Source: Promethearchaeota archaeon
Lineage (GTDB): Archaea > Asgardarchaeota > Lokiarchaeia > Sigyniarchaeales > SOKP01
DNA length: 64,000 nt
NCBI GenBank assembly: GCA_048938895.1
Contig: JBHLLU010000022.1
Location: forward strand, 1 to 64,000
Direction: 5' to 3'
Shown here one piece after another: positions 39,319-47,871 of the stretch (position 1 is its first letter; the number at the start of each line of letters is the position of its first letter). Under the pieces are notes generated by a model that ran no database searches, had not been told where the DNA came from, and saw nothing but the letters and a program-made list of their open reading frames with translations. A program made the translations under genes and the position numbers.

Positions 39319-39445
39319 TTCCTGTGGAAGTCGAATCTTTTTTTTCTTTTTGATTGAGGATATAACCTTACGAAATGGTCGAGACAACCATGAGATTTCA
39401 TCTCATTAAATTATTTAGCTAACTTTTAAAATTAAAGTTTTCTTA
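39319..39445 (-). pseudogene. Direct repeat copy B: relic of corA 5' end and upstream region
   Basis: Minus strand reads LSRPFRKVISSIKKKKKIRLPQ versus CorA FSRPFRRGISSIKKKKKIGLPP; start-codon region deleted. Confidence 0.85.
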
Positions 39446-39472
39446 ACATTTTTAATAGGAATTATGAAATAA

Positions 39473-40366
39473 GTGGCTTTTATGAAAAGAATTTATAAAA
39501 TCATTATTTGGATGGTATTTATAGGTGCTATTGTTGTGATTTATGCTTATTATGGCTTTAAGGAATTATTGTTGAATGTTGTAATTCTGAATTTAGTTGC
39601 TTATATTTTAAGATCAATATTACTTGATCTCCTTCATGGGTTGATTAAAACTCTTCTTGTTCGCTATATAATTATGATAATAATCAATATTGTATGGCTG
39701 ATTTTTCCATTTTGGCTTATTTTTATAATTTCACCAATATACTTTGTCGCAATTATTTCTTTTCTTGTAGTGGCAATATCTTTAACATTTCAGAATATTA
39801 TAAACAATATAGCTTCAGGAGTAATGCTTTTATCATCAGGAGGTTTTGAAGCTGGTGATTTAGTCAGAATCAATAATGTGGATGGCATTGTAAAAGAAAT
39901 AACACTCAGTAATTTGAAGCTATTGGATTTCGATGGATCTATCACTTATATACCAAATAGAATTGCTTTTAATTCATCAGTAATTCGTTATACTCATATC
40001 CCAATTAAAAAGCAAACTAAGTTAGAGATTTCAGATGTAGTAAAAAAATTAAAAAAGATAATAACGCATGAAAAAAAAATAACACGTTATATCAAAGTAG
40101 TAGAACTTTTAGGTTCTGTAGACTCAGAAAACCTTGAAACTTTATTAAATCCTATTTTTGATAGATATGAATCCCTTTTTGGTATGAAACCTTATTTCTA
40201 TGCAAATTATACTGTAAGTGGCATTGTTAATCGACTTAGTATAACTATTCAAATTCTTAGTGAGGATCCACAACTAATTTTAAATTACACCGATCCGCTA
40301 ATAAAAGAAATTCTCTTTAAGATCTATGAAAAAGAGTTAAATTATAATAAAATGACTGAGAGATAA
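39473..40366 (+). CDS. MscS-family mechanosensitive channel 1
   Basis: FQNIINNIASG, FEAGDLVRI..DGIVKEITL, DGSITYIPN. Confidence 0.85.
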   Translation: MAFMKRIYKIIIWMVFIGAIVVIYAYYGFKELLLNVVILNLVAYILRSILLDLLHGLIKTLLVRYIIMIIINIVWLIFPFWLIFIISPIYFVAIISFLVVAISLTFQNIINNIASGVMLLSSGGFEAGDLVRINNVDGIVKEITLSNLKLLDFDGSITYIPNRIAFNSSVIRYTHIPIKKQTKLEISDVVKKLKKIITHEKKITRYIKVVELLGSVDSENLETLLNPIFDRYESLFGMKPYFYANYTVSGIVNRLSITIQILSEDPQLILNYTDPLIKEILFKIYEKELNYNKMTER

Positions 40367-40373
40367 ATCTAAA

Positions 40374-41279
40374 ATGTCAATTTTTAAATCAAACCCTGAA
40401 GCATTTATATATGTCTTAATTATTGGGATCGGTTTGTACCTTTTAAATAAACTAATCTCTGGTATAATTGAAAAAATTGAAAAAATACCATTAAAACATA
40501 AAATTATAATTAATTTTACTGTTAAAATCACTACCGTTTTAGTAATTGTGTTTTATATTATTGAGGGATTTCCTATATTTTCGGAAATTGATCCAACTTA
40601 CACTGCAGTACTTACTGGAGCAATTAGTACTGCTATTGCTTTTGCTTCAAGTGGTATTTTTGCAAATTTTATTTCAGGAATTGTATTAATGTTAACGAGA
40701 CCTTTCGAAGTAGATGATCTAGTCAAAATTGAAGGAGATAAAGGTATAATCCGGGCAATAAATTTGACAAAAGTGAAATTAGAAACATTTGATAACATAA
40801 TAATTGAAAAATCTAATACTCAAGTTCTTACATCTACGGTAGTGAATTACACAATCAAATTGGGTAAAAAGAAAAGTTTTGAAGATTTTAAAAGTAAGAT
40901 ACTAGCACCTCAAGACGTTGGATTTAATGATCTATATGTAGAGAGCTTGAATTCCAAAAAGAAATTTGAAGAGAATTTAAAGAGAGCCTATGATTCCTTT
41001 TCAATTAAATATTATCCAAAGTTATTCAATTATACTTTTAGAATGTCTTTTCCTTACAAAGGGTTTCGAGTAATCCTTGATGAACTATCAAAACTCTGTG
41101 AATTATATAATGAAAAAAATATTTTTCGAATCCAACCTCAGTTTGATATTGTTGATTATAATGTAAGTATTGTAGTTAAATTTCGATTGTTAACATTTAA
41201 TTCTCAAAATATATTTGATTTTCAACCCAAATTCGCTAGAGATGTCTATGATATCATTTATAAATATAAAATTTCATAA
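40374..41279 (+). CDS. MscS-family mechanosensitive channel 2
   Basis: AIAFA..FANFISG..LTRPFEVDDLVKI.G.KGII..INL; 7 nt after channel 1. Confidence 0.85.
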   Translation: MSIFKSNPEAFIYVLIIGIGLYLLNKLISGIIEKIEKIPLKHKIIINFTVKITTVLVIVFYIIEGFPIFSEIDPTYTAVLTGAISTAIAFASSGIFANFISGIVLMLTRPFEVDDLVKIEGDKGIIRAINLTKVKLETFDNIIIEKSNTQVLTSTVVNYTIKLGKKKSFEDFKSKILAPQDVGFNDLYVESLNSKKKFEENLKRAYDSFSIKYYPKLFNYTFRMSFPYKGFRVILDELSKLCELYNEKNIFRIQPQFDIVDYNVSIVVKFRLLTFNSQNIFDFQPKFARDVYDIIYKYKIS

Positions 41280-41301
41280 GATAATGTTCTAGATTTTTGC
41301 C

Positions 41302-41934
41302 TTATCTCCGAATTTTACTGAAATATCGTTGCTTTTTTTGTTCAAGTGGTTTTATATATCCAAGTAAATCATCAAAAACTATTTTTTGATGCAATTGAGG
41401 ACGGAAAATAGGCTTATAATATTTTCTTTTCCAATAAAAGCGAAGACTATTGAGATACACATTTAATTCAGCAATTTGCTGGGGATTAATCTCTGTATAG
41501 GAACTTATGATTTTTTCTTCTGTATTAGATTCAATATTTCTTTTTAATAACATACCATCAGATTTTAGCAGATATATTGTCCCATTAAGATAAGTATCAT
41601 TTTCCTTATTATACGTTAATCCAATGTATTGCGCATAAATTTTAAAATATTGGCCAATTTTGGTATGCAGATAATTTTTTTGAATAATGTCTCGATTTTT
41701 GTTCTTTATTAGAGTTTTCAATTCTCTTTCATCCATTTCTGTTTGATTTTTCTGAAGAATTTCGTAATATCTGACTTGGAGATTAGTAAATATTAACATT
41801 TCTATGTCGCCATAAAAATCTTGAACCTCACGGGCTAATATTCGGTCATCTTTGATGTGATCCCAAATTATGAAGAAAAGAACGGCAATCGAAACTGCCA
41901 GACTAATATATACAAGAATATCTTGAGGAGCCAT
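41302..41934 (-). CDS. Hypothetical protein with N-terminal membrane anchor
   Basis: 210-aa ORF, one N-terminal hydrophobic helix. Confidence 0.7.
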   Translation of the reverse strand: MAPQDILVYISLAVSIAVLFFIIWDHIKDDRILAREVQDFYGDIEMLIFTNLQVRYYEILQKNQTEMDERELKTLIKNKNRDIIQKNYLHTKIGQYFKIYAQYIGLTYNKENDTYLNGTIYLLKSDGMLLKRNIESNTEEKIISSYTEINPQQIAELNVYLNSLRFYWKRKYYKPIFRPQLHQKIVFDDLLGYIKPLEQKKQRYFSKIRR

Positions 41935-42108
41935 TTTTTTTAAGAAGAAAATAGTTTAAAAAAAATTTTTTATAATTAATTATTGATTTTATAACAATTA
42001 TTAAATCTTTTTTTATTACTTCTTATGCAGAAGTAGTTTGGTTAAATATTATAACTATATTATACTAATCTAATTAAAAGATAATAAGCAAATTAGAAGG
42101 ATTAAATA

Positions 42109-43785
42109 ATGTTTGATGAAAATTATCTTGAAAAAATCAGAGAAGAAAAAGAAAAATGGGAAAAAATTTATGAAACCTTAAAAGAACGTGAAGTTAAATT
42201 TGTGACTGACTCAGAAATTCCAATTAGGAACCTATATACCCCTTTAGATCTAAAAGAAAATGATTATATAAGTGATATCGGATTTCCCGGAATTCCTCCA
42301 TATACTCGTGGTGTATATCCGTCAATGTATAGAGGACGTCTATGGACTATGAGATTGTTTTCAGGACATGGTACTCCTGAAGAAACTAATAAAAGATGGA
42401 AATTTTTGTTTGAAAATGGTGAAACAGGATTTAGTGCAGCCGTAGATGCACTAACATTCAATGGGATTGATCCGACAAATCCAGATGGTGCTCCTGAAGT
42501 TGGGACTTCAGGTGTACCTCTCTATTGTATAGATAGCCTTTTCGCTTTAACAGAAGATATCCCTATAGATAAGATTAGTGTAGCATTGGTAGTAGAACCA
42601 TTTACATCTGCACCTGTGTGTGCTATGTATTATAATATGGCAAAAATGCGTGGATATGATATAAGTCAACTAAATGGGACAACTCAAAATGATATCTTAA
42701 CCATGACCGTTGGGTATATTCCCTATAAAAACTGTCCTCCAAACCATATACTTCGGTTGGCTTGTGATTTTATAGAATGGACAGTACCTATGAAAAATGT
42801 ACCAAACTGGCATCCCATTAATTTTACAGGATATAATTACCGTGAAGGTGGTATAAACGCAGTACAGGAATTAGGTTTTGTGTTCGCAAGCGCTTGTTCA
42901 CATATCGATAACCTCATTGATCGAGGTTGGAATATTGATGATTTTGTGGCGCGATTAGCATTTCATCTAGCAGCTCATAAAGACTTTTTTGAAGAGATTG
43001 CCAAATTTAGAGCGGCACGTAGAATTTGGTATAAATTGATGAAGGATAAATATGAAGCTAAGAATCCAAAAAACCTCGGTTTTCGTTTCCATGTGCAAAC
43101 CGCAGGTTCATCATTAACAGCTCAATTACCTAAAGTGAATATTGTACGAACAGCAATTCAAGCATTAGAGGCAAACTTAGGTGGATGTCAATCATTACAT
43201 ACTAATTCTTATGATGAAGCTATTTGTTTACCTTCTGAAGACGCTGCTTTAGTAGCATTAAGGACTCAACAAATCATTTCAGAAGAATCAAGAATCCATA
43301 ACACTATTGATCCTCTAGCAGGATCTTATTTTGTAGAATGGTTAACTGATGAGATTGAAGAAAGAGTTTGGGAATATATAGATAAAATTCAATCTGTTGG
43401 GAGTATTGACAAAGCTCTTTCATCAGGATTCTTATTTAAAGAAATGCGGGATGCATTCCATAAAAGGAGAGTGAAAATTGAAAATGGTGATGAAATAATG
43501 CTTGGTGTAAATAAATATGTTGTGCCTTACGATACGGTGACCGATGTATTTAGGACTAACAAAGAAGCAATAGATATTGAAGTTCAAAGAATAGAAAAAC
43601 TAAAAGCGAGAAGAGATAATGCAAAATTGGAAAAGATTTTAGATAAATTGCGTGATGTTTGTGAGAAGGAAGAAAATGTAATGCCAATTGTTATGGAAGC
43701 AACAAAGGAAGGTGCTACTGTTGGAGAAATTTGTGATATATACCGAGAAGTATGGGGGATTTGGGATCCCCCTCTAGCAATATAA
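42109..43785 (+). CDS. B12-dependent acyl-CoA mutase, large subunit (methylmalonyl-CoA mutase family, atypical active site)
   Basis: FPGIPPYTRGVYPSMYRGRLWTMR, GTTQNDIL, FFEEIAKFRAARR, QSLHTNSYDEA, DPLAGSYFVE. Confidence 0.95.
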   Translation: MFDENYLEKIREEKEKWEKIYETLKEREVKFVTDSEIPIRNLYTPLDLKENDYISDIGFPGIPPYTRGVYPSMYRGRLWTMRLFSGHGTPEETNKRWKFLFENGETGFSAAVDALTFNGIDPTNPDGAPEVGTSGVPLYCIDSLFALTEDIPIDKISVALVVEPFTSAPVCAMYYNMAKMRGYDISQLNGTTQNDILTMTVGYIPYKNCPPNHILRLACDFIEWTVPMKNVPNWHPINFTGYNYREGGINAVQELGFVFASACSHIDNLIDRGWNIDDFVARLAFHLAAHKDFFEEIAKFRAARRIWYKLMKDKYEAKNPKNLGFRFHVQTAGSSLTAQLPKVNIVRTAIQALEANLGGCQSLHTNSYDEAICLPSEDAALVALRTQQIISEESRIHNTIDPLAGSYFVEWLTDEIEERVWEYIDKIQSVGSIDKALSSGFLFKEMRDAFHKRRVKIENGDEIMLGVNKYVVPYDTVTDVFRTNKEAIDIEVQRIEKLKARRDNAKLEKILDKLRDVCEKEENVMPIVMEATKEGATVGEICDIYREVWGIWDPPLAI

Positions 43786-43801
43786 TCATGGAGGTATAAA
43801 A

Positions 43802-44203
43802 ATGTCTGAAAGGAAGATAAGAGTATTAATGAGTAAACCAGGAATCGACGGTCATTGGCGGGGTGGAATCGTTGTCAGTCGTGCAATAAGGGATGCAGGG
43901 ATGGAACTCATTTTTGGGGGATTTCAGAATGTTGAGCAAATAGTTGAATCTGCAATTCAGGAGGATGTTGATGTAATTGGTCTTAGTATCCATTCTGGAG
44001 CCCATTTTGCCTATACAAAGCAAGTGATTGATCTATTAAAAGAACGTGGCGTACTTGATAATATTATGATTCTAGTTGGTGGGGTAATCCCTGCTAAAGA
44101 TTTTTCAAAACTTAAAGAAATAGGGGTTGCTAATGTCTATGGGCCTGGTTCTATGGTCTCTGATATTGTTAATTTCATAAAAACAAATCTTAAAGAAAAA
44201 TAA
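43802..44203 (+). CDS. Acyl-CoA mutase cobalamin-binding small subunit
   Basis: DGHWRG (DxHxxG), RDAGME, IGLSIHSGAH, VGGVIP. Confidence 0.95.
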   Translation: MSERKIRVLMSKPGIDGHWRGGIVVSRAIRDAGMELIFGGFQNVEQIVESAIQEDVDVIGLSIHSGAHFAYTKQVIDLLKERGVLDNIMILVGGVIPAKDFSKLKEIGVANVYGPGSMVSDIVNFIKTNLKEK

Positions 44204-44274
44204 AAAAGAGATGTAATATTTTTTACATTTAATTTTTAATTTAACAGCTATTTTTTATAGAGGAATGTATTTAA

Positions 44275-45249
44275 TTGAAAGATTCATATGATCTTGATTC
44301 ATTAATTAGCAGATTTAAGAAAAACGACAAAATCGCTTTAGCTAAATTAATAACAATTATTGAAAATGAACCAGAAAAGGCTCATGAGATATTTAAACAT
44401 TTTGAGGATTTAAAACATGATTCTTATATTATTGGTATCACAGGTTCTCCTGGTGTGGGAAAAAGTACTTTAACTGGTGAAATCTGCAAAAAATTATTAA
44501 AAGAAAGAAAGAAAATTGGTATTATTTGTGTAGATCCTACTTCCCCTTTCAGTGGTGGTGCATTTTTAGGAGATAGGGTAAGGATGACAAATATTTCATT
44601 GGATCCAAATGTGTTCATGAGAAGTCTTGCCTCTCGAGGATACAAAGGAGGTATTTCAAGAGCCGTATTTGATATCAGCTTGCTATATGAAGCATTCGGA
44701 ATGGATTTAATTATTATTGAAACTGTAGGGGTTGGACAAGCTGAGTTTGACATATATAATCTAGCATATTCTATTGTTGTTGTTTTAGTTCCCGGATACG
44801 GCGATGCGATACAAATGCAAAAAGCAGGAATAATAGAAATTGGCGATATTTACGATATTAATAAAAAAGATTTAGGTGGAGAAGATATCGCTGTACAAAT
44901 AGAAATGATGCTTGATGATTCCACCTTTCAAAGTGGTTGGAGACCTCCAGTATCCATGACAGATGCAATAAATGGGCATGGTATTGATGATCTTATTCAA
45001 AATATCATGGATCATAAAGAGCATATCGAACTTTCTGGATTAATTAATGAAAAGAAGAAAAGTCGTTTTAAATACAAAATTAGAGAGCTTATTTATACAA
45101 AGATCGACAAAATAATATCAGAGAATTTTTTAAATAAAGAGGATATAGATGAAATAATAGATTATGCTGTTAATGATGGAAAATTTAAGATCTATCGTAC
45201 CATCCATGATAAATTCGAAGATGTAAATTTTGAAATTAAGAAGAAATAA
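44275..45249 (+). CDS. meaB: Mutase-associated GTPase chaperone MeaB/ArgK
   Basis: GITGSPGVGKST, VDPTSPFSGGAFLGDRVRM, ETVGVGQAE, GDAIQMQKAG, NKKD. Confidence 0.95.
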   Translation: MKDSYDLDSLISRFKKNDKIALAKLITIIENEPEKAHEIFKHFEDLKHDSYIIGITGSPGVGKSTLTGEICKKLLKERKKIGIICVDPTSPFSGGAFLGDRVRMTNISLDPNVFMRSLASRGYKGGISRAVFDISLLYEAFGMDLIIIETVGVGQAEFDIYNLAYSIVVVLVPGYGDAIQMQKAGIIEIGDIYDINKKDLGGEDIAVQIEMMLDDSTFQSGWRPPVSMTDAINGHGIDDLIQNIMDHKEHIELSGLINEKKKSRFKYKIRELIYTKIDKIISENFLNKEDIDEIIDYAVNDGKFKIYRTIHDKFEDVNFEIKKK

Positions 45250-45265
45250 TAAGTGATTATTTATC

Positions 45266-46072
45266 ATGCCTGTTATTGGAATCGATTATGACAAATGTGA
45301 TAATTGCCAGAATTGCTATAATGCATGTACAAGATATTTCCGAAGAGATCGAGAAAGAAACAGAATAATTTTTTCGGATCCTAATAATCTTTGTGATTCC
45401 TGTGGTCGTTGTGTAGCAAGATGTAAAGCTGATGCAATTATTCATGAAGTACTTGGAGAATTATTAGATTTCGAGGAAGTTAAAGATCCAAGTAGTCTCG
45501 TCTCATATGAAACGATTCAAAAATTTATGAGTGCTAAAAGATCAATAAGAGGTTTTAAAAAAAAGAAAGTTCCTCGTACGATACTTCAAAAAGTTTTAGA
45601 TTCTATGAAGTATGCGCCCACAGGTGCCAACATCAGGACTTTGAAGTGCACTATAATCTCTGATGATGATAAAATCAAAAAATTATCAGAAGTGATTATG
45701 GATGCAATAATTGAGTCAAATATGCCAATGTATAATGAACGCCTTAAAAAAGCTCGGGAACGTGGAATTGATACTATATTTTATAACGCTCCACATGTAA
45801 TGATAATACATTCAGAAAATCCTAGAGATGGAATGAATTCTACAATAGCTTTAACCTATGGTATGTTAAGTGCTCAATCTCTGGGATTGGGAACTTGCTG
45901 GATAGGAGTGGCACATGGTGTTCTTTCCTCAAACAAACAAGTGCGAGAGGAAATGGTAGGTATTCATGGAAACGTTTGGGGTGTTATAATTATTGGATAT
46001 CCTAAACAAATATACTACCGAGTACCACCACGCCCAGAAATAAAAACGATAGGCTTAGAGGAGCTAAAATAA
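45266..46072 (+). CDS. Nitroreductase-family protein with N-terminal 4Fe-4S domain
   Basis: CDNCQNCYNAC, CDSCGRCVARC, KRSIRGF, YAPTGAN, SLGLGTCWIG. Confidence 0.9.
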   Translation: MPVIGIDYDKCDNCQNCYNACTRYFRRDRERNRIIFSDPNNLCDSCGRCVARCKADAIIHEVLGELLDFEEVKDPSSLVSYETIQKFMSAKRSIRGFKKKKVPRTILQKVLDSMKYAPTGANIRTLKCTIISDDDKIKKLSEVIMDAIIESNMPMYNERLKKARERGIDTIFYNAPHVMIIHSENPRDGMNSTIALTYGMLSAQSLGLGTCWIGVAHGVLSSNKQVREEMVGIHGNVWGVIIIGYPKQIYYRVPPRPEIKTIGLEELK

Positions 46073-46107
46073 AATAATAAAGCACTAATTAAGTTGGTTA
46101 TAGGTAA

Positions 46108-46467
46108 ATGGTTGAATTCTGCCCCGAATGTGGAAATCTGCTAAGGAAAGGTGGTTGTAAGTGCGGTTATAATCAACCAAAAGTCTCAAATGAGGAAATA
46201 TCCCTAATAAAAATTTGGGATCCTCCTTCCCCTAATATAATTTACAGTAGATTAACAGCTACACCACTTATGAAACTAAAATCAATGTTAATCAAAGGTC
46301 TATATCCGGAAAAGCTAAAGGAAATAAAAAGAAAGTTGAAACAACACCTTTATACTTGTTCTAATTGCGTTTATTATGATGAATATCTATCTCATTGTAA
46401 AAAAAAAAATAAGTATATTCAGAATAGTTCAATATGTAAGACTTTTGAACCATTTGAAACAGAATAG
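46108..46467 (+). CDS. Small protein with N-terminal TFS/RpoM-like zinc ribbon and C-terminal Cys cluster
   Basis: MVEFCPECGNLL..CKCGY; CSNCVYY..HC..C..F. Confidence 0.7.
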   Translation: MVEFCPECGNLLRKGGCKCGYNQPKVSNEEISLIKIWDPPSPNIIYSRLTATPLMKLKSMLIKGLYPEKLKEIKRKLKQHLYTCSNCVYYDEYLSHCKKKNKYIQNSSICKTFEPFETE

Positions 46468-46534
46468 TTAGAAAAGTGCACCTCAAACCTTTATAAGGTC
46501 GTTCATCTCTCAATTTTTAAATATAATTATAAAG

Positions 46535-47134
46535 TTGAATGAAATGAGTTTTAAAGAAAAAATAGAAAATAGGACAATTTCAGTTTTTACAAGAATTTCT
46601 TCTCTACTGATTCCGCTTTATCAATATGTTCCAGCCACAGCTATTTGGTTCGGTATAATGTCTGTGCCCATTCTATCATATATAACCTATTTTTTACAGA
46701 ATCCAAGAATTTTAAAATATGACATAAAATTTTGTCTTGAAGCCCCTGGATTCTATTTTAGCATTCTTGGATTTATATTATTCATATATTCCCTAGGTTA
46801 TCAATTAACCCACAGAAAACAATTAATTCAAACGGGTCCATATAAGTACGTAAGACACCCTCAATATCTAGCGTTCATCATTATGACCTTCGGGATGACA
46901 TCCATATCTTTTCAAACAAATCCAATCATTAATTTTGAGCTGGGATTTATGGGTGAATATAACATTCTTTTTAGTATTTGGATTGCTGAAGTAATAGCCT
47001 ATATAATTTTGGGTAAAATTGAAGATATTGCCTTAAAAGCTAAATATGGGGATGAATTCATAAAATATGCAAACAATGTATCATTTCTGTTTCCATCTGT
47101 AAAACTAAAGAGAAATTCAACCGAAAATGAATAA
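46535..47134 (+). CDS. ICMT/PEMT-family membrane methyltransferase-like protein
   Basis: LIQTGPYKYVRHPQY, IED..L..KYG.EF..Y...V. Confidence 0.8.
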   Translation: MNEMSFKEKIENRTISVFTRISSLLIPLYQYVPATAIWFGIMSVPILSYITYFLQNPRILKYDIKFCLEAPGFYFSILGFILFIYSLGYQLTHRKQLIQTGPYKYVRHPQYLAFIIMTFGMTSISFQTNPIINFELGFMGEYNILFSIWIAEVIAYIILGKIEDIALKAKYGDEFIKYANNVSFLFPSVKLKRNSTENE

Positions 47135-47831
47135 ATGTCTTATAAAATTAAATTATTTTTATATTTTAAAAATTCTGTTAATCCTTTTTTCATTAATATC
47201 ATTAATTTTTATTTTATTTCAATTTATTGTTTTATATGAAGAACCAACTTTCGGCGAAAGAGATAATTTTCGGTCTATTATTACATTTCTTTTGATTACA
47301 GCAATTTCGTTAATATCACTTCTAACTATTTTAACATTAGAAGAATATAGAAAAATTATTTCGAGAAGGAATTATAATCGTCAATATAATTCTTATTTAA
47401 CAATCACAGATATATTTGAAAATGAAAATCGTTTAAACATAATAAATCAAATCTTGAAGAATCCTGGCATTCATTATAATGAATTATTACGCAAGTGTGA
47501 ATTACAGAAGGGTCAGTTACAATGGCACTTAGATGTTTTGCTAAAATTTAATATTATAAAAAAAGAAAGATATGGACAGTACACAGTCTATTTTCCAATC
47601 ACAACATCTTTTGATGCTAATGAATATTTAGAAAATCTCATCGAAAAATCAAAAACTACTTCAGAAATCTTAAGAATTATCAAAGAAAATCCAGGTGTTC
47701 ATTCTTCTGAGATTTCTCGAATATTAGTTCTCTCCCGGAATACCGTAAAATATCATATTGATAAATTGTCTGAGGAAAGAATGATTACTTTAGTACGGAA
47801 TGGTCGAAAAATAGAATTACACCCAATTTAA
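47127..47831 (+). CDS. Membrane-anchored regulator with two winged HTH domains
   Basis: 2 TM, then FENENR..I..NPGIHYNEL...LQWHL and ENPGVHSSEISR..LSRNTVKYHI; 8-bp overlap with the upstream gene. Confidence 0.8.
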   Translation: MNKCLIKLNYFYILKILLILFSLISLIFILFQFIVLYEEPTFGERDNFRSIITFLLITAISLISLLTILTLEEYRKIISRRNYNRQYNSYLTITDIFENENRLNIINQILKNPGIHYNELLRKCELQKGQLQWHLDVLLKFNIIKKERYGQYTVYFPITTSFDANEYLENLIEKSKTTSEILRIIKENPGVHSSEISRILVLSRNTVKYHIDKLSEERMITLVRNGRKIELHPI

Positions 47832-47871
47832 TCTTAAATTGTAAAATGATGAATTGAAAAAAAAGGAAGTA

